Numbered from the stretch's first letter, positions 29,821 to 39,939 are shown. The stretch: DNA of 64,000 bases from Candidatus Latescibacterota bacterium (GCA_963662665.2 CAXXJS010000061.1:64001-128000); one strand, 5' to 3'. The notes: generated by a model from the sequence alone, not told the origin. Translations and numbers: made by a program.

Positions 29821-31246
29821 GGGCAAGTACTATTTTCAGTTGAAAAAGGAGAGGCGTTTAGTCAGCGGCGTAGGCCTCTTGAGAGTCATGATCAAGGTTG
29901 AGATGTTTGCGTAGGGCAAGTCTGAGTGTGGGAAGGAATCGGTATCCTTTGATTCTCCGCAAACGGGGCTGTATATCCAACAGCGCGGCTGCCAACCACC
30001 GATATCGCTGATCGGAGTTGTTCCATCGCTTTACGTTCCGTGTGCGCTGTGCGACCATGGCGTTGAGTGATTCGATACAGTTGGTGGTGCGGAACGACTG
30101 TTTGAGGTGCGGCATGAGTCCAAGGCGATGCAGGGTGAGGGTTTCTTCGAGCCCTTCCTCAAGGCTGTTCAGTGCCGATGCATTCATCAGCGCCAGGGAG
30201 GGCTTGAGGGTCTTCAGCGCGGCTTTGGCGTCTGTGTAGGTCTCCTTGTCGTAAGCATCGTGGAGGGCCTTTCTGACCTCGTCCTGCTGTGATTTGGGCA
30301 GATAGGCGATCACATTCTCCCGTTTGTGCCACTGACAGCGTTGGATTGCCACATATCCGGAGAGGGCCTTGGTGAGGGCGGCCCGCAATCCCCTGGAGCC
30401 GTCGATGAGGCACAGCAGCCCCTGTTGATACTGCAATCCGCGATCGATGAGGGCATCCACGAACTGGCGGCACACGCGCTCGTTTTCACTGGCGGCCTGC
30501 ACGAACCCCAGCGGGATCTTGTGCCCGTCGATGGTCACGCCAAGGGCGATGATCATTTCCTGATCGGCAAAGGTCTTGCCATCCATAAACAGACCCACCA
30601 GGTCATCGCCCGCAAGCGACCGTTCTTGAAACTGTCTCAGCTTGGCCGCCGATGCCTTAATGAACCGCCTGGAGACACTCGAAGAAGACAAACCAAACGC
30701 CTCGGGTACCGCTTCTGCGCAACCTTCATACGAACGCGTGGCAATGCCGCTGACGACGCGCAGCAGCAACCCTTCGTCCATGTGTCTGGGGCGCTGCAAG
30801 CGATGATACACCTCGAGAGGAACTTCCTCATTGGCTTCCACGTCGCGAACCCTGGGCACCGCAACAGGCACCTTTTGGTCCGACAGATACACCGATCCCG
30901 ATTGCGCGCCCCACCGGCGATTCGGAGTCTTGCCCGCTTTGCGAGTGTATCTCTGGCCCGTCAACGCGGCGACCTCATTCTGCAGGATTTCTTCCACGGC
31001 GTCCAAGCCCAGCGGGATCAGCGACTGGATCAATGCGACCCGGACGTCAACATCCTCCAGCGCACCTGCGGGGACCGCCCCGGACCTCACACCACCATCT
31101 GTGCTCAACTTGACTTCACGGGACTTCGATGTTACCTTGCGCATCACAGGCTCCTTTCGTATGAGGATACAGTCTTCTTCCACGAGATTACCGTATCCAA
31201 TTTACATCGGAGCCTCTTCTATTTCAACTAAGGTAGGCACACTCCC
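29821..31246 (-). mobile_element. IS256 family insertion sequence
   Basis: Imperfect ~35-bp TIRs starting GGG; 8-bp duplication CCAAAGTC at 29813-29820 and 31247-31254. Confidence 0.92.
29858..31144 (-). CDS. tnp: IS256 family transposase
   Basis: VPRVR, FMDG, IDGSRGL, QRCQWH, TTNCIES. Confidence 0.93.
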   Translation of the reverse strand: MRKVTSKSREVKLSTDGGVRSGAVPAGALEDVDVRVALIQSLIPLGLDAVEEILQNEVAALTGQRYTRKAGKTPNRRWGAQSGSVYLSDQKVPVAVPRVRDVEANEEVPLEVYHRLQRPRHMDEGLLLRVVSGIATRSYEGCAEAVPEAFGLSSSSVSRRFIKASAAKLRQFQERSLAGDDLVGLFMDGKTFADQEMIIALGVTIDGHKIPLGFVQAASENERVCRQFVDALIDRGLQYQQGLLCLIDGSRGLRAALTKALSGYVAIQRCQWHKRENVIAYLPKSQQDEVRKALHDAYDKETYTDAKAALKTLKPSLALMNASALNSLEEGLEETLTLHRLGLMPHLKQSFRTTNCIESLNAMVAQRTRNVKRWNNSDQRYRWLAAALLDIQPRLRRIKGYRFLPTLRLALRKHLNLDHDSQEAYAAD

Positions 31247-31394
31247 CCAAAGTCTGGCTACATCCTTTGAATACAGGCATTACTGAATGGTCTCTGTCTG
31301 ACGGGACCTGGACTCTTGTCCAATACAACAATGCTTACCATTTGCATCGACTGAACGAGAGCAGTTGATCCTCGGTGGGAGGGGAAGGCACGAC

Positions 31395-31476
31395 ATATAA
31401 CACGTCCGTGCCCGGCTTCGGGCATACGCCCGACGCGCAACCGCTTCGCGGTTCTGGCACGGCGAAAACGTTATGT
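31395..31476 (+). other. Integron attC site (intact)
   Basis: ATATAAC...ccgtgcc/ggcacgg...GTTATGT, 82 bp. Confidence 0.92.
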
Positions 31477-31527
31477 GACATGCTCTTTTAGCACGGAAGG
31501 ACTATACACTGCGGAGGATTGGACACC

Positions 31528-32145
31528 ATGAGCGTCGACGTTGAGGACCTGATCAAGGCCAGTAGAGAGGGTGATTGGGATGCAGTTAGACAGATTATAG
31601 ATAGTGGCGTTGACGTTAACGCCCAAGGAAGTCACGGAAATACAGCATTGGTTAGCTCTTTTGCCTTCGGCGATCACTTCGAATTGGTCCGCTATCTCAT
31701 TTCTGTGGGCGCCAACGTGGACTACACAGGAATGGAGGAGGGCAGTCCTTTGATGTTGGCTGCGTTCGGGGGAAAGACCGAGCATATGAAGCTATTTCTG
31801 GAGGCCGGCGCTGACGTGAATTTGGCAATGCCGGGTGGAGGAGAGACTGCACTGCATGATGCGGCCGTGGCGGGTCATTCTGGCGCGGCAAAACTTTTGA
31901 TCGATGCCGGGGCAGATGTAAACAAGGCTGCCAATTCTAACGCAACAACTTCAATGTTCACCGATCGAAAACTTATGGGCGAAACACCTTTGCATTTTGC
32001 AGCGGCGTTTGGTGATGCGGAGATGATTTCGGCGATGCTAGACGCCGGCGCAGATAAATCAATCTCAACCTCGGAGGATAAACTCGCCGTTGACTACGCG
32101 ATGGAGAACAATCGACCTGAAGATATCATCGAAATGATCGCTTAG
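31528..32145 (+). CDS. Ankyrin repeat protein (cassette)
   Basis: GVDVNA, TALH.AA, TPLHFAA repeats; bounded by attCs. Confidence 0.92.
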   Translation: MSVDVEDLIKASREGDWDAVRQIIDSGVDVNAQGSHGNTALVSSFAFGDHFELVRYLISVGANVDYTGMEEGSPLMLAAFGGKTEHMKLFLEAGADVNLAMPGGGETALHDAAVAGHSGAAKLLIDAGADVNKAANSNATTSMFTDRKLMGETPLHFAAAFGDAEMISAMLDAGADKSISTSEDKLAVDYAMENNRPEDIIEMIA

Positions 32146-32173
32146 CGGCCAAGATCAGTGTCCCTCGCACGTC

Positions 32174-32254
32174 ACATAACACGTCCGTGCCCGGCTTCGG
32201 CCTGCGCCCTTCGCCCAAACGCTGCGCGGTTCGGGCACGGCGAAAACGTCAGCT
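32174..32254 (+). other. Integron attC site, R' mutated (GTC)
   Basis: ACATAAC...GTCAGCT, 81 bp; ends near-identical to the attC at 31395. Confidence 0.88.
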
Positions 32255-32269
32255 GCAATTTGCGACAGT

Positions 32270-32304
32270 AAAACTGGCGGCCCCGCAATGGGACCGCCAG
32301 TTTT
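32270..32304. terminator. Bidirectional intrinsic terminator
   Basis: aaaactggcggcccc-gcaa-tgggaccgccagtttt, between convergent genes. Confidence 0.75.
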
Positions 32305-32323
32305 CGATTGCATTCCCTTCTGA

Positions 32324-33788
32324 CTAAGCCGATAAAGGCTCTTCGCTTGTCTTCCCTCCGTGTCTACCAAACAAAGCGATGATCTTGTCGTATTCCTTCT
32401 GCTCATTAGATGTTTCATAGGGATTTGCGGTATATGGCCCATCGGCCCCCTTCTCGAGTGCCCGATCCAAAGGCGTCTTACCCGCTTCGTCCAACGCGTT
32501 CACGTCCGCACCACGCTCTATCAGTAGCTCTATCACGCCTGTGTTGTCGCTGGTGAATGGCATCCTGACAGCCGCGTGAAGTACGGTATGGTCAAACTGA
32601 GGTGCGTCGTTTCGACCTCCGGATCGGACATTGGGGTTTGCGCCATGATCCAATAGAAAGCGGAGGAACGTCACACTTCCGTTGGCCGCTGGGATGAATA
32701 TGGCCTCTCCACGAATCCTGGCTCCGTGTTCCAACAGAATCCGGGCTACATCAACTCTCTCGCCCCAGGCGGCCCACTCCAACGGAGTATGCCCCTTGGA
32801 ATTGTCGTGGGCCAGTTTAGGATCTTTCGCAAGCAAGTCATTGACCCGGTCCGTCATGCCCAGTATGGAAGCAATCGTAATGTCGACGTCTGCTCCCTTA
32901 TCTAACAGCAGTTGCCGGGTTTCCTGACTTCCCGCTTCGATTGCGTAATGTAGCGGTGTCCGGTTCGATCCGCACCGAGCGTTAATTTTCGCTCCTTGTT
33001 CAAGGAGAAACTCAACGGCGCCTGTATGACCGTGCCAAGCTGCTATATGCAGAGGTTTCCAGCCCCGTGCCTGTTCGGGATACGAGTCTGACAGAGGTGC
33101 ATCAGATTCGACCAGGCCCGGGTTGCGGGCAAGGAGAGCTGCGAGCCTGGAGAGATCGCCCGCTTCTGTCGCCCGGATTATCTCCATCGCCTCGTTGGCG
33201 AATCTATCGTATCTGGAAGGCCGATAACCCTCAAGCGTATCATCCACCATCCTTATTATCCTTTCCTCAAGCCGCTTCCGGGACCTCTGTGGCCGTTTAT
33301 TCACCGTTGGCAGAGACAGGTCCAGGAATTCGGCTATTTTCTTTTGAGAGAATTCAGTCAATTAGAACGGCACCGTGGCAATCCGCTTGTGCTCATGGGA
33401 GTCTGGAAAGCCGCGTGAACCAATGCCTGCGTTTCCTGAGTTTCTATCGGTTCCGTCTGGTCCGGACCATCTGTGGAAACGCTCACTGCGCCCCCAAGCG
33501 GCTTGAACGCGAGACGGCGAGTCTGGTTGAGCGGAGTGCCTTCCGTATCACCATTCGCTTAAATCACGCGGGAAACGCGTCGGGCGCTTCAGATTTTCCG
33601 AGATCGGTGTACGCGGTAAGGAACGCATCCTGTGAAACGTCCTGAGCGAGATGAAAATTACCCAAAATCCCGTACGCGCATCCGTAAGCCAGGTCTTGAA
33701 ACCGACGTACCAGACACTCAAACGCGGCAGGCCGCTTCGTCGGGTCACCGTCGGAGGCCGCCCTGACAAGGTCGCAACTTGACTGCAT
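32324..33788 (-). pseudogene. ECF sigma factor-ankyrin repeat fusion; sigma part disrupted; inverted in its cassette
   Basis: Region 2 (AFECLVRRFQDLAYG...AQDVSQDAF), stops and frameshifts, region 4 (SQKKIAEFLDL..TVNKR), then an intact ankyrin ORF at 32324-33361. Confidence 0.85.
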
Positions 33789-33978
33789 ATCATGTTCCTT
33801 CACCAGGGAGAATTTGCTCGAAGGCCTTCGATAGAAGGTGTCATTCAGGTTCGGAAAGGTGACAGAAAACTTGGAGAAAGGCGGATTTCCACCTATCTTT
33901 TTCAGGAGAAATATAACACCGCTCACCCTTTTCTGACATCGGACCTTTTGCGGGGTGCCCCTCCAGGTCGCAAACAGC

Positions 33979-34120
33979 AGCTAACACGAGCACCCACGGC
34001 TTCGGCGCGTTCGCGCCTGCGCTGAAACCTGCCACCCGCGTAGCTGATCTGCAACTATGGGGATCCATTGACTGCATTCGCGATGGGTCGGCAGGTTCGC
34101 CGGTGCCGAGAACGCTACAT
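33979..34120 (+). other. Long attC site, R' mutated (GCT)
   Basis: AGCTAAC...gcacc/ggtgc...aacctgcc/ggcaggtt...GCTACAT, 142 bp. Confidence 0.78.
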
Positions 34121-34146
34121 GAAATGCAAAAAACATTGAGGTTAGC

Positions 34147-34485
34147 GTGGACGTAAAGGCAAAGTTGATAAAGCTCAAGGAGAATTCGGAGGATGGCGTG
34201 GCAGCATGGGCAAGCGCCATCAACGGGCGCAAGGACGAAGCATTGGCTACGTTACGCGACGAAGGAATGAAAGTCGAGTCCTGGTTCCTGCTGACTTTAG
34301 ATGACGGAGTATATCTCCTCTCGTACATGCGATCCGAAGACTTAGAGCGCGCCCATGAGGTCTTCAGGCAGTCGAAACATGAGATTGATACCTTCCACCA
34401 ACAGTTCAAAAAGGATAACTGGGTGCGTGGATCGACGACAGAGTTGGAACTCCTTGTAGATCTCGCGGTAGATGAAGACAAGTGA
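34147..34485 (+). CDS. Small cassette protein (DUF6176-like)
   Basis: EALATLRDEGM.VES.F...SKHEID.FH.QFK; flanked by attCs. Confidence 0.75.
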   Translation: MDVKAKLIKLKENSEDGVAAWASAINGRKDEALATLRDEGMKVESWFLLTLDDGVYLLSYMRSEDLERAHEVFRQSKHEIDTFHQQFKKDNWVRGSTTELELLVDLAVDEDK

Positions 34486-34505
34486 TTGAATTGGTTGGGC
34501 ACATC

Positions 34506-34603
34506 ATGTAACACATCGGTGTTGCGCTTCGGTGCTGATCGCTCGTTGACCTCCGGCAAACCCTCGACATGCTACGGCTTCGCAAACCGTGGAAACGATT
34601 TAT
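34506..34603 (+). other. Degenerate attC site, R' mutated (GAT)
   Basis: ATGTAAC...ttgcgct...ttcgcaaaccgtggaaacGATTTAT, parallel to the attC at 29209. Confidence 0.7.
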
Positions 34604-34804
34604 GAATCGGGAAAGGGAACAGGGCCCGTTCGGTAACTTTGACAAAACAAGAAAGGACGGTCTCAAATGGTGATGGATGCCCGACAAATCTTGACAAAGC
34701 CATTTGAGAGCGAGGATCAAGACGCTGTCCGTAGTCTAATCTTAGCTGTACTTGCCGAACACTGGGAAATCGTAAGCAGCCGCTGCGTAGACGTGTTTTG
34801 AATT

Positions 34805-35863
34805 ATGTTTGTCGTCAATCTCACAGACGCACAGCTTGAATCCTACAGGTTGATCAGGGGGAGCTTTACAAACTTCGACTGGACCTTTCTGGGTCGGCGG
34901 CGGACCTTCGGATTCTACGGACGACTCAGGGTGGACGAAGCAGGAAGCGTCGATTTACTCGATCTTTGCGTGGCTTGCTCGGGAAAACATGAGAATGATG
35001 AGCTGGATGACGAGGTCGAACGCCTTGGACGGAAGTTGCGTTCCGGATCGACAGCGTCCGGTTCCGGAACTGCCGATTTCGGAGTTGAACTGTTCTCCTG
35101 CGAGACCGAACGCGGAACCAGGGCGAGTCACCTTATACTTACCCTTGGAGACTCGGAAGACCTGAAAGAAGCCTACTTCAGTCGATTCGAGCCAAAGGGG
35201 GAGGAACCGGAAGATCCGTTTGCCGCGAGAACCGAGTACTATCCGGTCAGCGCAAAAGCGTGTCCGGAAGCGGCAAGACGCATTTCGGTCCCGGAACTGC
35301 AGTCACTCGTGTACCAGAACCCGGTGATCGCCCTCACGGGCGCGGGAATTTCCACAGTGAGCGGCATCCCAAGCTTCAGAGGTCCGGACGGTCTGGAGCG
35401 CCACTTCCCGCTGCATGAACCGTTTCCCGGCGCCGTCGCGGGCTTCATGATCGAAAAACCCCGGGAACTCGCAAGGATTCTGGCGAGATTTCAAGCCGCG
35501 TTCATCCAGGCGGAACCGAATGTCGCCCACCGGTCTCTTGCGAGGCTGGAGGCGAGAGGCTGCGTTCGCCGCGTAATCACAGGGAATGGAGACAGGCTCC
35601 ACGAGAGGGCGGGATCTGTGAACGTCCACATGAAGAATCCGGATGACTTCAAACCGGGAGCGAGAGGATGGGAGTGGTTCAAGCAGGGAGACGTTCTCCT
35701 GGCGATCGGGCTTGGAAGAGACGAACACGGTCTAATCAGCTATTCGCGTGACAATGGCATGAAAGTCGCCGCCATCTCTCCTGATCGGCCGGAGTTTCTG
35801 CACGAGGAGGACCTGTATGTGGGTGGGAAGGCGGAAGACGTGTTACCCCGTCTCGCCGGTTGA
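34805..35863 (+). CDS. Atypical Sir2/sirtuin-domain protein with an unknown N-terminal domain
   Basis: LTGAGIS..SGIPSFRG, AEPNVAH, ITGNGDRLHERAGS; no CxxC zinc ribbon. Confidence 0.8.
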   Translation: MFVVNLTDAQLESYRLIRGSFTNFDWTFLGRRRTFGFYGRLRVDEAGSVDLLDLCVACSGKHENDELDDEVERLGRKLRSGSTASGSGTADFGVELFSCETERGTRASHLILTLGDSEDLKEAYFSRFEPKGEEPEDPFAARTEYYPVSAKACPEAARRISVPELQSLVYQNPVIALTGAGISTVSGIPSFRGPDGLERHFPLHEPFPGAVAGFMIEKPRELARILARFQAAFIQAEPNVAHRSLARLEARGCVRRVITGNGDRLHERAGSVNVHMKNPDDFKPGARGWEWFKQGDVLLAIGLGRDEHGLISYSRDNGMKVAAISPDRPEFLHEEDLYVGGKAEDVLPRLAG

Positions 35864-36053
35864 GTGGCGACAATTTTTCGGCACGGGACACTGGGCCATT
35901 GGATTGCTTGAAGGGACTTTTTCCATTCGGGTATGGGACCGTGAATGAAATAGACTCTGACGGGAAGGTTGTTACAGTGTCTGAAGATATTGTCGGAATT
36001 CCCGATTGACGGTGATTCCGAATGCATTGGACGAAACTCTCGGGAGGCGCGCG

Positions 36054-36461
36054 GTGAAACAACAACTGGAAAGCGTAAGACGTTTTCATGAGGTCTTTCA
36101 GGTAAACATCGAGCGCACGCCTACCGCAAGACTGCCTGCGGAGATAACCGAATGGCGTATCAAGATGTTATTGGAGGAGCTGGACGAGTATCGAGAGGCC
36201 GTGAAAAACCGCGACGTCGTCGAGATCGCAGACGCCCTTACAGACATGCTTTACGTACTGCTGGGTACGTTCATCGCTCATGGGCTGCAGGATATTGCCG
36301 AAGAGCTCTTTGATGAAGTCCACCGAAGCAACATGAGCAAGCTGGATGAGCAGGGTAAGCCAATTTTCAGGGCGGACGGCAAAGTGCGGAAGTCAGGTAG
36401 GTTTAGAGATCCGGATTTGCGACCCATCATAGCGAAAACCGGGCAAGCTGAGCCAAGTTGA
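36054..36461 (+). CDS. MazG-like NTP pyrophosphohydrolase
   Basis: EELDEY, EIADALTDMLY, EVHRSNMSK, DGKV.K. Confidence 0.9.
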   Translation: MKQQLESVRRFHEVFQVNIERTPTARLPAEITEWRIKMLLEELDEYREAVKNRDVVEIADALTDMLYVLLGTFIAHGLQDIAEELFDEVHRSNMSKLDEQGKPIFRADGKVRKSGRFRDPDLRPIIAKTGQAEPS

Positions 36462-36500
36462 ATGGACTCGCGTATCCAGAAGAGCGCCAACGACGCCTGG

Positions 36501-36692
36501 AAGGTGGAGCGGACATTCTTGTCTGCTCACACACGTCTACCCGAATAATGGGAATCCTGCGTCAGGAGACGCCAGGACTCGCTGCCGTCTCCTCCACTAG
36601 AAAAAGGCCGGCGCTATCTACTGGATCACTTCTGTCGACATTCCGACAGAAGGACGATTAGAAGGGCAGACAGGAATGTCTGCCCCACCTTC
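36501..36692. repeat. REP doublet (REPIN-like)
   Basis: aaggtggagcggacattcttgtctgctc and inverted gggcagacaggaatgtctgccccacctt, about 130 nt apart. Confidence 0.75.
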
Positions 36693-36724
36693 AGACAGCA
36701 ATCCTCAACGGCACGACGAGCCAA

Positions 36725-37405
36725 TGTGCGGGTATCAGAAATCCTGCCCTCGAGTTCAACTTCGGCGAATGGGGAGGAGAGATCTGGCGCTACGGGGACG
36801 AATTTTCAGTATTTCGAAAGGCTCTTTGGAATGAGTACCGGGACGCAAGGGGACTTCATGGGCCACCGTGGGAGTCTGTTCATCTCCTTCGCAGCCTGCA
36901 GGAACTCATTTGGACGATGACTGCACGAAAGACCATTGGACGCGGAGGAGAATCATATGAATCCGAAGTGGAACGTCTGCTTCGGACATTAGAAAGAGAC
37001 GACGGAAGCGCTTTGAGCTCAAGGGGATAGGGTGTACGCCAACCAACGGCAGGTTTTTTGCGCTTTGCTCTCGGAGTTCATCCCGTGCTTGGCGAAGGGT
37101 TCCGCGGCCTTTGGGCAACCTTTCGACGACCTGAGTTGAGGCTCAGGGTGAAGACTCAGTGGTCGTGTGTGCGGTTGCAATTGCGATTGGTTGGGCATAA
37201 TTGGTGGAGAATTGAGACAACTATGCGTATTCGGGAGTTCGATTAATCTGATGCTGAATGTCTCGTCGAGATCCTGAGACTGCACAGTCAATATTCGCGT
37301 GCCGAGGTCGAAGGTCCGGCCGCTATGGAAAGATTCGCTCGATGCGACGCCGCTCTCTTCCTCGTCGCCGTGGAAGGAGGTCGACCAATGGGATTCTTGA
37401 GCGCT
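36725..37405 (+). pseudogene. Diverged duplicate of the APH 3' end and GNAT 5' end found at about 39465-40125
   Basis: Long colinear matches (ggcgaatggggaggagagatctggcg; actatgcgtattcgggagttcgatt); premature TAA at 37244. Confidence 0.88.
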
Positions 37406-37511
37406 TGATGTTTGCCCGAGATTGTCCTGGCCCCGGCAGGGTGTCACCGGTTAACGCGTGATCCGGGTTCAAATGAAGATGAATCGCATCGTCTCATAGG
37501 GGAATTCACGA

Positions 37512-38573
37512 ATGGAGCTATCGGATCCAACCACCGATGCGAAGCAAATCACGCCACCAGAACTGACCGAAAGACTGGTTCGGAACGGTATCATACGATC
37601 CGGACGGGTTATATCGGTCGAAAAGACGGATTCCTTTGAAACTTCCGCCGCAGAGTGGGACCGGCTCACCGTTGAATTCAGCGATGATTACGATGGCGAT
37701 GTATCGGACGCAATAGTCCTGAAGGTTTTCAGAAAAGGATGGTTTGGGGGTGGCGTGCTTGAGTGGGCATTTTACAACGAACTTGCGCCAAGTACACCCG
37801 GGGCGCATGTCTGCCCCGTCTATGACGGCGGAATCGACCATGAAAATAAGATTTGCCACCTTATAATGGCCGACCTTTCCAGGACACACACCGAACCGCC
37901 AATGAACGCGAAAGATCGCCCCCACGACCAGGTCGTCGCGGAATTGCTCAAATACCACGTTCGGTGGTGGAACCATCCACGGCTGGAAACATGGTCCTTT
38001 TACGCCCGACACGGCGGACCGCTAAGGATGGCGCAGGCCATCGCGGAAGCGGACGTCCGGGCGAATTGTCGCGCGTTCGAACCTGCGCTTGAGGATTTCG
38101 TAAAAGACGCTGGCGACGAACTGCAACCTTCATGGATCGAAACAGCCGGACGGGTGATCGCGGAATATCCCGAGGTATTTTTGGCGCGTGTTTCAAGCGG
38201 TCAGAATATTACGCTTCTACACGGCGACGCCCATGTGTGGAATCTCTTCTACCCGAAGAATGCTACGACCGATAGGCTTATCCTGTTTGACTGGGAGACG
38301 TATAAGCGGGGCATCGGCGCCTATGACCTTGCCTATCTGCTGGTTCATGGAACAAGCGGGCGACGACGAATTGAGAGCGAACTGATGAACCAGTATTACG
38401 ATGGGCTGATTGCCGGCGGCATCGGCAACTATTCCCGTGACGAATTCGAATACGATTTCCGTCTTTCGATCATTTCGTGCATCTTTTGTCCGCTGATCTG
38501 GAAGCGAGTGATTTCGATGAAATTCGCTATGGAAGCCTACGAGGATTGGGGTTGCGAGGAACTCCTGAAATAG
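37512..38573 (+). CDS. APH/EcKinase-like phosphotransferase
   Basis: EWAFY, LLHGDAH.WN, FDWE, DLAY. Confidence 0.88.
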   Translation: MELSDPTTDAKQITPPELTERLVRNGIIRSGRVISVEKTDSFETSAAEWDRLTVEFSDDYDGDVSDAIVLKVFRKGWFGGGVLEWAFYNELAPSTPGAHVCPVYDGGIDHENKICHLIMADLSRTHTEPPMNAKDRPHDQVVAELLKYHVRWWNHPRLETWSFYARHGGPLRMAQAIAEADVRANCRAFEPALEDFVKDAGDELQPSWIETAGRVIAEYPEVFLARVSSGQNITLLHGDAHVWNLFYPKNATTDRLILFDWETYKRGIGAYDLAYLLVHGTSGRRRIESELMNQYYDGLIAGGIGNYSRDEFEYDFRLSIISCIFCPLIWKRVISMKFAMEAYEDWGCEELLK

Positions 38574-38724
38574 CGCGTAACTTACTACCTGCCAACGAAA
38601 TGCCATTTGACTTCGCATCCGGGCTTAGTGTAGAATATTTGGGCGGTGTGGAGAACCTGAAACGACAGCGAGAAGGAACATTGGCAAAAGCGGACGTGGT
38701 CGTCCCAATTCGGTTCACCCGGAT

Positions 38725-39759
38725 ATGAAAGCCTCTGCCGCACTCGAAGCCATCCTGATCAGGCCTCACCTCGATCGTTTCTGCGAGGAGTTCGGACTGA
38801 CGCCGGTAGAGCTTGAACCCGACTTTACGGGCTGGTCGAAGCATATCATCAAGTCTCCGGATCTCGTCTTTCTGTTTCCCCGACATCCCAGGTATCAGAG
38901 TCAACTGAATACCGAGCTAAAACTGTATAAGCTGTTGAATGCCGGGGACGGGCTGCCGGTACCCCGTTTCGTCAGGTCAGTCGATGATTGCGAATTGAGC
39001 ACTTACCCTTTCGGGGTTGTCACGCGCCTGAATGGGGTGTTGCTCGGCACGATCGAACGATCCTTGCGTTCGATAGATTATGAGCAGGTCCTCCGTTCGG
39101 TTGGACGGCTGGCAGGAATCTGGCATAGCCTTCAATTGGGCCCGAAAACAGTCTTTCTGAAACCTTTGTCTCACGATCTCGACGGCGATCATGCCGACTC
39201 GTATCGATGGATGTACGGGGCGCTGCGATCCGGTTCGCCGGGCGAAGTGCCGGGATTGATCGCTTCATTGGTTCGTGAATTGACTGCCGAGGGCGACACG
39301 GCGGTATTTGGAGAGCTGATTTCCGAAACGAGTTTTGGTAAGTGGCAACGGGCGTTGTCAGAGCTTGCCGGCATGGACAATGTGCTTCTTCACGGCGATA
39401 TCCACGAAGACCAGATCCTGGTCCGGTCGGACCGGGACCTGGAAGTGACAGGGATCCTGGATTGGGGAAACGCAGGTGTCGGAAACCCGGTCCTCGAATT
39501 CAACTTTGGCGAATGGGGAGGAGAGATCTGGCGTTACCGGGACGGATTCTCAGTATTTCGAAGGGCTCTTTGGAGCGAGTATCTGGACGCAAGGGGACTT
39601 CATGGGCCGCCGTGGGAGTCTGTTCATCTTCTTTACTGCCTGCAGGAGCTTATTTGGACAATGACTGCACGAAAGTCCATCGGGCACGGAGGCGGATCGT
39701 ACGAGTCCGAAGTCAGGAGGCTGCTTCGGACATTGCAGGAGACGACGGAAGCGCTATGA
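38725..39759 (+). CDS. APH family phosphotransferase
   Basis: LPVP, LLHGDIHEDQI, ILDWG. Confidence 0.88.
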   Translation: MKASAALEAILIRPHLDRFCEEFGLTPVELEPDFTGWSKHIIKSPDLVFLFPRHPRYQSQLNTELKLYKLLNAGDGLPVPRFVRSVDDCELSTYPFGVVTRLNGVLLGTIERSLRSIDYEQVLRSVGRLAGIWHSLQLGPKTVFLKPLSHDLDGDHADSYRWMYGALRSGSPGEVPGLIASLVRELTAEGDTAVFGELISETSFGKWQRALSELAGMDNVLLHGDIHEDQILVRSDRDLEVTGILDWGNAGVGNPVLEFNFGEWGGEIWRYRDGFSVFRRALWSEYLDARGLHGPPWESVHLLYCLQELIWTMTARKSIGHGGGSYESEVRRLLRTLQETTEAL

Positions 39760-39939
39760 GCTTGGGGAGATACTTGCACGTTCTCCATCGACCCTGTGCA
39801 CAGCGTGCCGCCGTCCAGACCTGGTTTCCGGGAACCCTCCGACAGGCGCAGGGCGGGGCTAAGGCGCAGGCTCCGCGGTCTCCCACAGGGTTCGCGGTCG
39901 TGATTGGCTGGTCATAATTGGTGGAAAATTGGGGAAACT

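Larger units (their letters stand above)
29332..31368 (+). pseudogene. Histidine phosphatase (phosphoglycerate mutase family) interrupted by IS256
   Basis: LVRHG, AVTHGG; frame resumes after the IS as WLHPLNTGITEW...YNNAYHL. Confidence 0.9.

Noticed and set aside
30326-31231. 301-aa + strand ORF and similar long antisense ORFs (e.g. 4411-5316, 51981-52661)
   Set aside because: They lie antisense to well-supported genes in GC-rich sequence and have no motifs.
37512-39759. Antibiotic resistance calls for the APH-like, GNAT and VOC genes
   Set aside because: Only superfamily motifs are visible; substrates cannot be inferred.
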